Positions 38,621-53,600 of a stretch of 64,000 nt of DNA are shown piece by piece. The position numbers and the translations under genes were made by a program. Source of the DNA: Eledone cirrhosa. Taxonomy: Eukaryota. The notes under the pieces were generated by a model, which saw nothing but the letters and a program-made list of their open reading frames with translations, was not told the origin of the DNA and made no database searches. The DNA lies in assembly GCA_964016885.1 (NCBI GenBank), contig OZ024741.1, positions 5,270,001-5,334,000 on the forward strand, given 5' to 3'. How positions within the stretch are numbered: the first letter of the stretch is position 1; each line of letters starts with the position of its first letter.

Positions 38621-41600
38621 TATTACAGTGGTCCACTTGAGGTTATTACAGTGGTTCATTTGAGGAGGTTATTACAGTGGTCCACTTGAGGAGGTTATTA
38701 CAGTGGTCCACTTGGGGTTATTACAGTGGTCCACTTGAGGAGGCTATTACAGTGGTCCACTTGAGGTTATTACAGTGGTCCACTTGAAGAGGCTATTACA
38801 GTGGTCCACTTGAGAAGGTTATTAGAGTGGTCCTCTTGAGGTTATTACAGTGGTCCACTTGAGGTGGCTATTAGAGTGGTCCACTTGAGGAGGTTATTAC
38901 AGTGGTCCACTTGAGAAGGTTATTACAGTGGTCCACTTGAGGTTATTACAGTGGTCAACTTGAGGAGGCTATTACAGTGGTCCACTTGAGGTGGTTATTA
39001 CAGCGGTCCACTTGAGGTTATTACAGTGGTCCACTTGAGGCTATTACAGTGGTCCACTTGCGGAGGCTATTACAGAGGTCCACTTGAGGAGGTTATTACA
39101 GTGGTCCACTTGAGGAGGTTATTATAGGGGTCCACTTGAGGTGGTTATTACAGTGGTCCACTTGAGAAGGTTATTACGGTGGTCCAGTTTACGTTATTAC
39201 AGTGGTCAACTTGAGGTTATTACAGTGGTCCACTTGAGGAGGTTATTACAGTGGTCCACTTGAGGAGGTTATTACAGTGGTCCACTTGAGGTTATTACAG
39301 TGGTCCACTTGAGGAGGTTATTACAGTGGTCCACTTGAGGAGGCTATTACAGTGGTCCACTTGAGGAGGTTATTACAGTGGTCCACTTGAGGAGGTTATT
39401 ACAGTGGTCCACTTGAGGTGGCTATTACAGTGGTTCACTTGAGGTTATTACAGTGGTCCAATTGAGGAGGTTATTACAGTGGTCCACTTGAGATTATTAC
39501 AGTGGTCCAATTGAGGAGGTTATTACAGTGGTCCACTTGAGGAGGTTATTACAGTGGTCCACTTGAGGTTATTACAGTGTTCCACTTGAGGTGGTTACTA
39601 CAGTGGTCCACTTGAGGAGGTTATTACAGTGGTCCACTTGAGGTTATTACAGTGGTCCACTTGAGGAGGCTATTACAGTGGTCCACTTAAGGTTATTACA
39701 GTGGTCCACTTGAGGAGGTTATTACAGTGGTCCACTTGAGGCTATTACAGTGGTCCACTTGAGGAGGCCATTACAGTGGTCCACTTGAGGTTATTACAGT
39801 GGTCCACTTGAGGAGGCTATTACAGCGGTCCACTTGAGGTTATTACAGTGGTCCACTTGAGGTTATTACAGTGGTCCACTTGAGGAGGCTATTACAGTGG
39901 TCCACTTGAGAAGGTTATTACAGTGGCCCACTTGAGGTTATAACAGTGGTCCACTTGAGGATGTTTTTAGAGTTGTCCACTTGAGGAGGTTATTACAGTG
40001 GTCCAATTGAGAAGGGTATTACAGTGATCCACTTGAGGAGGCTATTACAGTGGTCCACTTGAGAAGGTCATTACAGTGGCCCACTTGAGGTTATTACAGT
40101 GGTCCACTTGAGGATGTTTTTAGAGTTGTCCACTTGAGGAGGTTATTACAGTGGTCCAATTGAGAAGGTTATTACAGTGGTCCACTTGAGGTCATTACAG
40201 TGGTCCACTTGAGGTGGTTATTACAGCGGTCCACTTGAGGTTATTAAAGTAGTCCGATTGAGGTTATTACAGTGGTCCACTTGAGGTTATTCCAGTGGTC
40301 CACTTGAGGAGGTTATTACAGTGGTCCACTTGAGGTTATTACAGTGGTCCACTTGAGGTTATTATAGTGGTCCACTTGTAGAGGTTATTACAGTGGTGCA
40401 CTTCAGGTTATTACAGTGGTCCACATGAGGATTTTATTACAGTGGTCCACTTGAGGTGGCTATTACAGTGGTCCACTTGAGGAGGTTATTACAGTGGTCC
40501 ACTCCAGGTTATTACAGTGGTCCACTTGAGGTTATTACAGTGGTCCATTTGAGAAGGTTATTACAGTGGTCCACTTGAGGAGGTTATGACAGTGGTCCAC
40601 TTGGGGAGGTTATTACAGTGGTCCACTTGAGGAGGCTATTACAGTGGTCCACTTGAGGTTATTACAGTGGTCCACTTGAGGAGGTTATTACAGTGGTCCA
40701 CTTGAGGAGGCTATTACAGTGGTCCACTTGAGGTTATTACAGTGGTCCACTTGAGGAGGTTATTACAGTGGTCCACTTGAGGAGGTTATTACAGTGGTCC
40801 ACTTGAGGTTAATACAGAGGTCCACTTGAGGAGGTTATTACAGTGGTCCACTTGAGGTTATTACAGTGGTCCACTTGTAGAGGTTATTACAGTGGTGCAC
40901 TTCAGGTTATTACAGTGGTCCACATGAGGATTTTATTACAGTGGTCCACTTGAGGTAGCTATTACAGTGGTCCACTTGAGGAGGTTATTACAGTGGTCCA
41001 CTTTAGGTTATTACAGTGGTCCACCTGAGGTTATTACAGTGGTCCACTTGAGGAGGTTATTACAGTGGTCCACTTCAGGTTATTACAGTGGTGCACTTGA
41101 GGAGCCTATTACAGTGGTCCACTTGAGGTTATTAAAGTGGTCCACTTGAGGAGGTTATTACAGTGGTACATTTTAGGTGGCTATTACAGTGGTCCACTTG
41201 AGGAGGTTATTACAGTGGTCCACTTGAGGAGGTTATTACAGTGGTCCACTTGAGGAGGTTATTACAGTGGTCCACTTGAGGTTATTACAGTGGTCCACGT
41301 GAGGAGGCTATTACAGTGGTCCACTTGAGGTGGCTATTACAGTGGTCCACTTGACGAGGTTATTACGGTGGTCCACTTGAGGAGGCTATTACAGTGGTCC
41401 ACTTGAGGAGGCTATTACAGAGGTCCACTTGAGGTGGCTATTACAGTGGTCCACTTGAGGTTATTACAGTGGTCCACTTGAGGAGGTTATTAAAGTGGTC
41501 CACTTGAGGTTATTACAGTGGTCCACGTGGGGAGGCTATTACAGTGGTCCACTTGAGGAGGCTATTACAGTGGTCCACTTGAGGAGGCTATTACAGTGGT

Positions 41601-44600
41601 CCACTTGAGGTTATTACAGTGGTCCACTTGAGGAGGCTATTACAGAGGTCCACTTGAGGTTATTACAGTGGTCCACTTGAGGTTATTACAGTGGTCTTCT
41701 TGATGTTATTACAGTGGTCCACTTGAAGTTATTACAGTGGTCCACTTGAGGAGGCTATTACAGAGGTCCACTTGAGATTATTACAGTGGTCCACTTGAGG
41801 AGGTTATTACAGTGATCCACTTAAGGAGGTTATTACAGTGGTCCACTTGAGGAGACTATTACAGTGGTCCACTTGAGGAGGTTATTACAGTGGTCCACTT
41901 GAGGAGGTTATTACAGTGGTCCACTTGAGGTTATTACAGTGGTCCAATTGAGGAGGTTATTACAGTGGTCCACTTAAGGAGGTTATTACAGTGGTCCACT
42001 TGAGGTTATTACAGAGGTCCACTTGAGGTTATTACAGTTGTCCACTTGAGGAGGCTATTACAGTGGTCCACTTGATGTTATTACAGTGGTCCACTTGTGG
42101 AGGTTATTACAGTGGTCCACTTGAGGTTATTACAGTGGTCGACTTGAGGTTATTACAGTGGTCCACTTGAGGGGGCTATTACAGTGGCCCACTTGAGAAG
42201 GTTATTACAGTGGTCCACTTGAGGTTATTACAGTGGTCCACTTGAGGAGTTTATTACAGTGGTCCACTTGAGGGGTTATTACAGTGGTCCACTTGAGAAG
42301 GTTATTACAGTGGTCCACTTGAGGAGGTTATTACAGTGGTCTACTTGATGTTATTACAGTGGTCCACTTGAGGGGGTTATTACAGTGGTCCACTTGAGGT
42401 TATTACAGTGGTCCACTTGAGGAGGTTATTACAGTGGTCCAATTGAGGAGGTTATTACAGTGGTCCACTTGAGGTTATTACAGTGGACCAATTGAGGAGG
42501 TTATTACAGTGGTCCGCCTGAGGAGGTTATTACAGTGGTCCACTTGAGGTTATTACAGTGGTCCACTTGAGGAGGTTATTACAGTGGTCCACTTGAGGTT
42601 ATTACAGTGGTCCACTTGAGGAGGTTATTAGAGTGGTCCGTTTGAGGAGGTTATTACAGTGGTCCACTTGAGGTTATTACAGTTGTCCACTTGAGGAGGT
42701 TATTACAGCGGTCCAATTGAGGAGGTTATTACAGTGGACCACTTGAGGAAGTTATTACAGTGGTCCAATTGAGGAGGTTATTACAGTGGTCCACTTGAGG
42801 AGGTTATTACAGTGGTCCAGTTGAGGTTATTACAGTGGTACACTAGAGGAGGTTATTACAGTGGTCCACTTGAGGTTATTACAGTGGTCCATTTGAGGAG
42901 GTTATTACAGTGGTCCACTTGAGGTTATTACAGTGGTCCACTTGAGGAGGCTATTACAGTGGTCCACTTGAGGTTATTACAGTGGTCCACTTGAGGAGGT
43001 TATTACAGTGGTCCACTTGAGGTTATTACAGTGGTCCACTTGAGGAGGTTATTACAGTGGTCCAATTGAGGAGGTTATTACAGTGGTCCACTTGAGGTTA
43101 TTACAGTGGGCCACTAGAGGAGGTTATTACAGTGGTTCACTTGAGGTTATTACAGTGGTCCATTTGAGGAGGCTATTACAGTGGTCCACTTGAGGAGGTT
43201 ATTACAGTGGTCCACTTGAGGAGGTTATTACAGTAGTCCACTTGAGGTGGTTATTACAGTGGTCCACTTGAGGAGGTTATTACAGTGGTCCAATTGAGGT
43301 TATTACAGTGGTCAACTTGAGGAGGTTATTACAGTGGTCAACTTGAGGTTATTACAGTGGTCCACTTGAGGAGGTTATTACAGTGGTCCACTTGAGGAGG
43401 TACTTACAGTGGTCCACTTGAGGAGGTTATTACAGTGGTCCACTTGAGGTTCTTACAGTGGTCCACTTGAGGAGGCTATTACAGTGGTCAACTTGAGGTT
43501 ATTACAGTGGTCCACTTGAGGAGGCTATTACAGTGGTCCACTTGAGGTTATTACAGTGGTGCACTTGAGGAGGTTATTAGAGTGGTCCACTTGAGGTTAT
43601 TACAGTGGTCCACTTGAGGAGGCTATTACAGTGGTCCACTTGAGGTTATTACAGTGGTCCACTTGAAGAGGCTATTACAGTGGTCCACTTGAGAAGGTTA
43701 TTACAGTGGTCCTCTTGAGGTTATTACAGTGGTCCACTTGAGGAGGCTATTAGAGTGGTCCACTTGAGGAGGTTATTACAGTGGTCCACTTGAGAAGGTT
43801 ATTACAGTGGTCCACTTGAGGTTATTACAGTGGTCAAATTGAGGAGGCTATTACAGTGGTCCACTTGAGGTGGTTATTACAGCGGTCCACTTGAGGTTAT
43901 TACAGTGGTCCACTTGAGGCTATTACAGTGGTCCACTTGCGGAGGTTATTACAGTGGTCCACTTGAGACGGTTATTACGGTGGTCCAGTTTAGTTTATTA
44001 CAGTGGTCCACTTGTGGAGGTTATTACAGTGGTCCACTTGAGGTTATTACAGTGGTCCACTTGAGGAGGTTATTACAGTGGTCCACTTGAGGAGGTTATT
44101 ACAGTGGTCCACTTGATGTTATTACAGTGGTCCACTTGAGGAGGTTATTACAGTGGTCCACTTCAGGTTATTACAGTGGTCCACTTGTGGAGGTTATTAC
44201 AGTGGTCCACTTGAGGAGGTTATTACAGTGGTCCACTTGAGGAGGTTATTACAGCGGTCCACTTGAGGTTATTACAGTGGTCCACTTGAGGAGGTTATTA
44301 CAGTGGTCCACTTGAGGTTATTACAGTGGTCCACTTGTGGAAGTTATTACAATGGTCCACTTGAGGAGGTTATTACAGTGGTCCACTTGAGGTTATTACA
44401 GTGGTCCACTTGAGGAGGTTATTACAGTGGTCCACTTGAGGTTATTACAGTGGTCCACTTGAGGATTTTATTAGAGTGGTCCACTTGAGGTTATTACAAT
44501 GGTCCACATGAGGATTTTATTACAGTGTTCCACTTGAGGAGGTTATTACAGTGGTCCACTTGAGGAGGTTATTACAGTGGTCCACTTGAGATTATTACAG

Positions 44601-47600
44601 TGGTCAACTTGAGGTTATTACAGTGGTCCACTTGAGGTGGCTATTAAAGTGGTCCACTTGTGGACGTTATTACAGTGGTCCACTTGAGGTTATTACAGTG
44701 GTCCACTTGAGGTGGCTATTACAGTGGTCCACTTGAGGAGGCTATTACAGTGGTCCACTTGAAAAGGTTATTACAGTGGTCCACTTGAGGAGGTTATTAC
44801 AGTGGTCCACTTGAGGTGGCTATTACAGTGGTTCACTTGAGGTTATTACAGTGGTCCAATTGAGGAGGTTATTACAGTGGTCCACTTGAGGTTATTACAG
44901 TGGTCCAATTGAGGAGGTTATTACAGTGGTCCACTTGAGGAGGTTATTACAGTGGTCCACTTGAGGTTATTACAGTGTTCCACTTGAGGTGGTTACTACA
45001 GTGGTCCACTTGAGGAGGTTATTACAGTGGTCCACTTGAGGTTATTACAGTGGTCCACTTGAGGAGGCTATTACAGTGGTCCACTTAAGGTTATTACAGT
45101 GGTCCACTTGAGGAGGTTATTACAGTGGCCCAGTTGAGGAGGTTATTACAGTGGTCCACTTGAGGCTATTACAGTGGTCCACTTGAGGAGGCCATTACAG
45201 TGGTCCACTTGAGGTTATTACAGTAGTCCGCTTGAGGAGGCTATTACAGCGGTCCACTTGAGGTTATTACAGTGGTCCACTTGAGGAGGTTATTACAGTG
45301 GTCCACTTGAGGTTATTACAGTGGTCCACTTGAGGAGGCTATTACAGTGGTCCACTTGAGAAGGTTATTACAGTGGCCCACTTGAGGTTATTACAGTGGT
45401 CCACTTGAGGATGTTTTTAGAGTTGTCCACTTGAGGAGGTTATTACAGTGGTCCAATTGAGAAGGGTATTACAGTGGTCCACTTGAGGAGGCTATTACAG
45501 TGGTCCACTTGAGAAGGTCATTACAGTGGCCCACTTGAGGTTATTACAGTGGTCCACTTGAGGATGTTTTTAGAGTTGTCCACTTGAGGAGGGTATTACA
45601 GTGGTCCAATTGAGAAGGTTATTACAGTGGTCCACTTGAGGTCATTACAGTGGTCCACTTGAGGTGGTTATTACAGCGGTCCACTTGAGGTTATTAAAGT
45701 AGTCCAATTGAGGTTATTACAGTGGTCCACTTGAGGTTATTCCAGTGGTCCACTTGAGGAGGTTATTACAGTGGTCCACTTGAGGTTATTACAGTGGTCC
45801 ACTTGAGGTTATTACAGTGGTCCACTTGAGGTTATTACAGTGGTCCACTTGTAGGGGTTATTACAGTGGTGCACTTCAGGTTATTACAGTGGTCCACATG
45901 AGGATTTTATTACAGTGGTCCACTTGAGGTGGCTATTACAGTGGTCCACTTGAGGAGGTTATTACAGTGGTCCACTTGAGGTTATTACAGTGGTCCACTT
46001 GAGGAGGCTATTACAGTGGTCCACTTGAGGTTATTACAGTGGTCCACTTGAGGAGGTTATTACAGTGGTCCACTTGAGGTTATTACAGTGGTCCACTTGA
46101 GGAGGTTATTACAGTGGTCCAATTGAGGAGGTTATTACAGTGGTCCACTTGAGGTTATTACAGTGGGCCACTAGAGGAGGTTATTACAGTGGTCCACTTG
46201 AGGTTATTACAGTGGTCCATTTGAGGAGGCTATTACAGTGGTCCACTTGAGGAGGTTATTACAGTGGTCCACTTGAGGAGGTTATTACAGTAGTCCACTT
46301 GAGGTGGTTATTACAGTGGTCCACTTGAGGAGGTTATTACAGTGGTCCACTTGAGGTTATTACAGTGGTCAACTTGAGGAGGTTATTACAGTGGTCAACT
46401 TGAGGTTATTACAGTGGTCCACTTGAGGAGGTTATTACAGTGGTCCACTTGAGGAGGTACTTACAGTGGTCCACTTGAGGAGGTTATTACAGTGGTCCAC
46501 TTGAGGTTCTTACAGTGGTCCACTTGAGGAGGCTATTACAGTGGTCAACTTGAGGTTATTACAGTGGTCCACTTGAGGAGGCTATTACAGTGGTCCACTT
46601 GAGGTTATTACAGTGGTGCACTTGAGGAGGTTATTAGAGTGGTCCACTTGAGGTTATTACAGTGGTCCACTTGAGGAGGCTATTACAGTGGTCCACTTGA
46701 GGTTATTACAGTGGTCCACTTGAAGAGGCTATTACAGTGGTCCACTTGAGAAGGTTATTACAGTGGTCCTCTTGAGGTTATTACAGTGGTCCACTTGAGG
46801 AGGCTATTAGAGTGGTCCACTTGAGGAGGTTATTACAGTGGTCCACTTGAGAAGGTTATTACAGTGGTCCACTTGAGGTTATTACAGTGGTCAAATTGAG
46901 GAGGCTATTACAGTGGTCCACTTGAGGTGGTTATTACAGCGGTCCACTTGAGGTTATTACAGTGGTCCACTTGAGGCTATTACAGTGGTCCACTTGCGGA
47001 GGTTATTACAGTGGTCCACTTGAGGAGGTTATTATAGGGGTCCACTTGAGGTGGTTATTACAGTGGTCCACTTGAGACGGTTATTACGGTGGTCCAGTTT
47101 AGTTTATTACAGTGGTCCACTTGTGGAGGTTATTACAGTGGTCCACTTGAGGTTATTACAGTGGTCCACTTGAGGAGGTTATTACAGTGGTCCACTTGAG
47201 GAGGTTATTACAGTGGTCCACTTGATGTTATTACAGTGGTCCACTTGAGGAGGTTATTACAGTGGTCCACTTCAGGTTATTACAGTGGTCCACTTGTGGA
47301 GGTTATTACAGTGGTCCACTTGAGGAGGTTATTACAGTGGTCCACTTGAGGAGGTTATTACAGCGGTCCACTTGAGGTTATTACAGTGGTCCACTTGAGG
47401 AGGTTATTACAGTGGTCCACTTGAGGTTATTACAGTGGTCCACTTGTGGAAGTTATTACAATGGTCCACTTGAGGAGGTTATTAGAGTGGTCCACTTGAG
47501 GTTATTACAGTGGTCCACTTGAGGAGGTTATTACAGTGGTCCACTTGAGGTTATTACAGTGGTCCACTTGAGGATTTTATTAGAGTGGTCCACTTGAGGT

Positions 47601-50600
47601 TATTACAATGGTCCACATGAGGATTTTATTACAGTGTTCCACTTGAGGAGGTTATTACAGTGGTCCACTTGAGGAGGTTATTACAGTGGTCCACTTGAGA
47701 TTATTACAGTGGTCAACTTGAGGTTATTACAGTGGTCCACTTGAGGTGGCTATTACAGTGGTCCACTTGAGGAGGCTATTACAGTGGTCCACTTGAAAAG
47801 GTTATTACAGTGGTCCACTTGAGGAGGTTATTACAGTGGTCCACTTGAGGTGGCTATTACAGTGGTTCACTTGAGGTTATTACAGTGGTCCAATTGAGGA
47901 GGTTATTACAGTGGTCCACTTGAGGTTATTACAGTGGTCCAATTGAGGAGGTTATTACAGTGGTCCACTTGAGGAGGTTATTACAGTGGTCCACTTGAGG
48001 TTATTACAGTGTTCCACTTGAGGTGGTTACTACAGTGGTCCACTTGAGGAGGTTATTACAGTGGTCCACTTGAGGAGGCTATTACAGTGGTCCACTTAAG
48101 GTTATTACAGTGGTCCACTTGAGGAGGTTATTACAGTGGCCCAGTTGAGGAGGTTATTACAGTGGTCCACTTGAGGCTATTACAGTGGTCCACTTGAGGA
48201 GGCCATTACAGTGGTCCACTTGAGGTTATTACAGTAGTCCGCTTGAGGAGGCTATTACAGCGGTCCACTTGAGGTTATTACAGTGGTCCACTTGAGGAGG
48301 TTATTACAGTGGTCCACTTGAGGTTATTACAGTGGTCCACTTGAGGAGGCTATTACAGTGGTCCACTTGAGAAGGTTATTACAGTGGCCCACTTGAGGTT
48401 ATTACAGTGGTCCACTTGAGGATGTTTTTAGAGTTGTCCACTTGAGGAGGTTATTACAGTGGTCCAATTGAGAAGGGTATTACAGTGGTCCACTTGAGGA
48501 GGCTATTACAGTGGTCCACTTGAGAAGGTCATTACAGTGGCCCACTTGAGGTTATTACAGTGGTCCACTTGAGGATGTTTTTAGAGTTGTCCACTTGAGG
48601 AGGTTATTACAGTGGTCCAATTGAGAAGGTTATTACAGTGGTCCACTTGAGGTCATTACAGTGGTCCACTTGAGGTGGTTATTACAGCGGTCCACTTGAG
48701 GTTATTAAAGTAGTCCAATTGAGGTTATTACAGTGGTCCACTTGAGGTTATTCCAGTGGTCCACTTGAGGAGGTTATTACAGTGGTCCACTTGAGGTTAT
48801 TACAGTGGTCCACTTGAGGTTATTACAGTGGTCCACTTGAGGTTATTACAGTGGTCCACTTGTAGGGGTTATTACAGTGGTGCACTTCAGGTTATTACAG
48901 TGGTCCACATGAGGATTTTATTACAGTGGTCCACTTGAGGTGGCTATTACAGTGGTCCACTTGAGGAGGTTATTACAGTGGTCCACTTGAGGTTATTACA
49001 GTGGTCCACTTGAGGTTATTACAGTGGTCCACTTGAGAAGGTTATTACAGTGGTCCACTTGAGGAGGTTATTACAATGGTCCACTTGGGGAGGTTATTAC
49101 AGTGGTCCTCTTGAGGAGGCTATTACAGTGGTCCACTTGAGGTTATTACAGTCGTCCACTTGAGGAGGTTATTACAGTGGTCCACTTGAGGAGGCTATTA
49201 CAGTGGTCCACTTGAGGTTATTACAGTGGTCCACTTGAGGAGGTTATTACAGTGGTCCACTTGAGGAGGTTATTACAGTGGTCCACTTGAGGTTAATACA
49301 GAGGTCCACTTGAGGAGGTTATTACAGTGGTCCACTTGAGGTTATTACAGTGGTCCATTTGAGGAGGTTATTACAGTGGTCCACTTGAGGTTATTACAGT
49401 GGTCCACTTGTAGAGGTTATTACAGTGGTGCACTTCAGGTTATTACAGTGGTCCACATGAGGATTTTATTACAGTGGTCCACTTGAGGTAGCTATTACAG
49501 TGGTCCACTTGAGGAGGTTATTACAGTGGTCCACTTTAGGTTATTACAGTGGTCCACCTGATGTTATTACAGTGGTCCACTTGAGGAGGTTATTACAGTG
49601 GTCCACTTCAGGTTATTACAGTGGTGCACTTGAGGAGCCTATTACAGTGGTCCACTTGAGGTTATTAAAGTGGTCCACTTGAGGAGGTTATTACAGTGGT
49701 ACATTTTAGGTGGCTATTACAGTGGTCCACTTGAGGAGGTTATTACAGTGGTCCACTTGAGGAGGTTATTACAGTGGTCCACTTGAGGAGGTTATTACAG
49801 TGGTCCACTTGAGGTTATTACAGTGGTCCACGTGAGGAGGCTATTACAGTGGTCCACTTGAGGTGGCTATTACAGTGGTCCACTTGACGAGGTTATTACG
49901 GTGGTCCACTTGAGGAGGCTATTACAGTGGTCCACTTGAGGAGGCTATTACAGAGGTCCACTTGAGGTGGCTATTACAGTGGTCCACTTGAGGTTATTAC
50001 AGTGGTCCACTTGAGGAGGTTATTACAGTGGTCCACTTGAGGTGATTACAGTGGTCCACGTGAGGAGGCTATTACAGTGGTCCACTTGAGGAGGCTATTA
50101 CAGTGGTCCACTTGAGGAGGCTATTACAGTGGTCCACTTGAGGTTATTACAGTGGTCCACTTGAGTAGGCTATTACAGAGGTCCACTTGAGGTTATTACA
50201 GTGGTCCACTTGAGGTTATTACAGTGGTCTTCTTGATGTTATTACAGTGGTCCACTTGAAGTTATTACAGTGGTCCACTTGAGGAGGCTATTACAGAGGT
50301 CCACTTGAGATTATTACAGTGGTCCACTTGAGGAGGTTATTACAGTGGTCCACTTAAGGAGGTTATTACAGTGGTCCACTTGAGGAGACTATTACAGTGG
50401 TTCACTTGAGGAGGTTATTACAGTGGTCCACTTGAGGAGGTTATTACAGTGGTCCACTTGAGGTTATTACAGTGGTCCAATTGAGGAGGTTATTACAGTG
50501 GTCCACTTGAGGAGGCTATTACAGTGGTCCACTTGAGGAGGTTATTACAGTGGTCCACTTGAGCTCATTACAGTGGTCCACTTGAGGAGGTTATTACAGT

Positions 50601-53600
50601 GGTCCACTTGAGGAGGTTATTACAGTGGTCCACTTGTGGTTATTACAGTGGTCCACTTGAGGAGGCTATTACAGTGGTCCATTTGAGGTTATTACAGTGG
50701 TCCACTTGAGGAGGTTATTACAGTGGTCCACTTGAGGTTATTACAGTGGTCCACTTGAGGTTATTACAGTTGTCCACTTGAGGTTATTACAGTGGTCCAC
50801 TTGAGGAGGCTATTACAGTGGTCCACTTGAGGTTATTACTGTGATCCACTTGAGGAGGTTATTACAGTGGTCCACTTGAGGTTATTACAGTGGTCCACTT
50901 GAGGTTATTACAGTGGTCCACTTGAGGAGGCTATTACAGTGGTCCACTTGAGGTTATTACAGTTGTCCACTTGAGGAAGCTATTACAGTGGTCCACTTGA
51001 GGTTATTACAGTGGTCCACTTGAGGAGGCTATTACAGTGGTCCACTTGAGGTTATTACAGTGGTCCACTTGAGGAGGCTATTACAGTGGTCCACTTGATG
51101 TTATTACAGTGGTCCACTTGTGGAGGTTATTACAGTGGTTCACTTGAGGTTATTACAGTGGTCGACTTGAGGTTATTACAGTGGTCCACTTGAGAAGGTT
51201 ATTACAGTGGTCCACTTGAGGTTATTACAGTGGTCCACTTGAGGAGTTTATTACAGTGGTCCACTTGAGGGGTTATTACAGTGGTCCACTTGAGAAGGTT
51301 ATTACAGTGGTCCACTTGAGGAGGTTATTACAGTGGTCCACTTGATGTTATTACAGTGGTCCACTTGAGGAGGCTATTACAGTGGTCCACTTGAGGAGGT
51401 TATTACAGTGGTCCACTTGAGGAGGCTATTACAGTGGTCTACTTGAGGTTATTACAGTGGTCCACTTGAGGGGGTTATTACAGTGGTCCACTTGAGGTTA
51501 TTACAGTGGTCCACTTGAGGAGGTTATTACAGTGGTCCAATTGAGGAGGTTATTACAGTGGTCCACTTGAGGTTATTACAGTGGACCAATTGAGGAGGTT
51601 ATTACAGTGGTCCGCTTGAGGAGGTTATTACAGTGGTCCACTTGAGGTTATTACAGTGCTCCACTTGAGGAGGTTATTACAGTGCTCCACTTGAGGTTAT
51701 TACAGTGGTCCACTTGAGGAGGTTATTACAGTGGTCCGTTTGAGGAGGTTATTACAGTGGTCCACTTGAGGTTATTACAGTGGTCCATTTGAGGAGGTTA
51801 TTACAGTGGTCCAATTGAGGAGGTTATTACAGTGGTCCACTTGAGGAGGTTATTACAGTGGTCCACTTGAGGAGGTTATTACAGAGGTCCAATTGAGGAG
51901 GTTATTACAGTGGTCCACTTGAGGAGGTTATTACAGTGGTCCAGTTGAGGTTATTACAGTGGTACACTAGAGGAGGTTATTACAGTGGTCCACTTGAGGA
52001 GGTTATTACAGTGGTCCACTTGAGGTTATTACAGTGGTCCGCTTGAGGAGGCTATTACAGTGGTCCACTTGAGGTTATTACAGTGGTACACTTGAGGAGG
52101 TTATTACAGTGGTCCACTTGAGGTTATTACAGTGGTCCACTTGAGGAGGTTATTACAGTGGTCCAATTGCGGAGGTTATTACAGTGGTCCACTTGAGGTT
52201 ATTACAGTGGGCCACTAGAGGAGGTTATTACAGTGGTCCACTTGAGGTTATTATAGTGGTCCACTTGAGGAGGCTATTACAGTGGTCCACTTGAGGAGGT
52301 TATTACAGTGGTCCACTTGAGGAGGTTATTACAGTAGTCCACTTGAGGTGGTTATTACAGTGGTCCACTTGAGGTGGTTATTACAGTGGTCCACTTGAGG
52401 AGGCTATTACAGTGGTCCACTTGAGGAGGTTATTACAGTGGTCCACTTGAGGTTATTACAGTGGTCCACTTGAGGTTATTATAGTGGTTCACTTGAGGAG
52501 GCTATTACAGTGGTCCACTTGAGGTTATTACAGTGGTCCACTTGAGGAGGCTATTAAAGTGGTCCACTTGAGATTATTACAGTGATCCACTTGAGGAGGC
52601 TATTACAGTGGTCCACTTGAGGTTATTTCAGTGATCGACTTGAGGAGGTTATTACAGTGGTCCACTTGAGGTTATTACAGTGGTCCACTTGAGGTTATTA
52701 CAGTGGTCCACTTGAGGGGGCTATTACAGTGGTCCACTTGAGAAGGTTATTACAGTGGTCAAGTTGAGGTTATTACAGTGGTCCCCTTGAGGAGGCTATT
52801 ACAGTGGTCCACTTGAGGAGGTTATTACAGTGGTCCACTTGAGAAGGCTATTACAGTGGTCCACTTGAGAAGGTTATTACAGTGGTCCACTTGAGGTTAT
52901 TACAGTGGACCATTTGAGGAGGTTATTACAGTGCTCCACTTGAGGAGGTTATTACAGTGGTCCACTTGAGGAGGTTATTACAGTGGTCCACTTGAGGAGG
53001 TTATTACAGTGGTCCACTTGAGGAGGTTATTACAGTGGTCCACTTGAGGTGGCTATTACAGTGGTTCACTTGAGCTTATTACATTGGTCCAATTGAGGAG
53101 GTTATTACAGTGGTCCACTTGAGGTTATTACAGTGGTCCAATTGAGGAGGTTATTACAGTGGTCCACTTGAGGAGGCTATTACAGTGGTCCACTTGAGGT
53201 TATTACAGTGGTCCACTTGAGGAGGTTAATACAGTGGTCCACTTGAGTTTATTACAGTGGTCCACTTGAGGAGGCTATTACAGTGGTCCACTTGAGGAGG
53301 TTATTACAGTGGTCCACTTGAGGTTATTACAGTGGTCCAATTGTGGAGGCTATTACAGTGGTCCACTTGAGGTTATTACAGTGGTCCACTTGAGGAGGTT
53401 ATTACAGTGGTCCACTTGAGGTTATTACAGTGGTCCACTTGAGGAGGCTATTACAGTGGTCCATTTGAGGTTATTACAGTGGTCCACTTGAGGAGGTTAT
53501 TACAGTGGTCCACTTGAGGTTATTACAGTGGTCCACTTGAGGTTATTACAGTTGTCCACTTGATGTTATTACAGTGGTCCACTTGAGGAGGCTATTACAG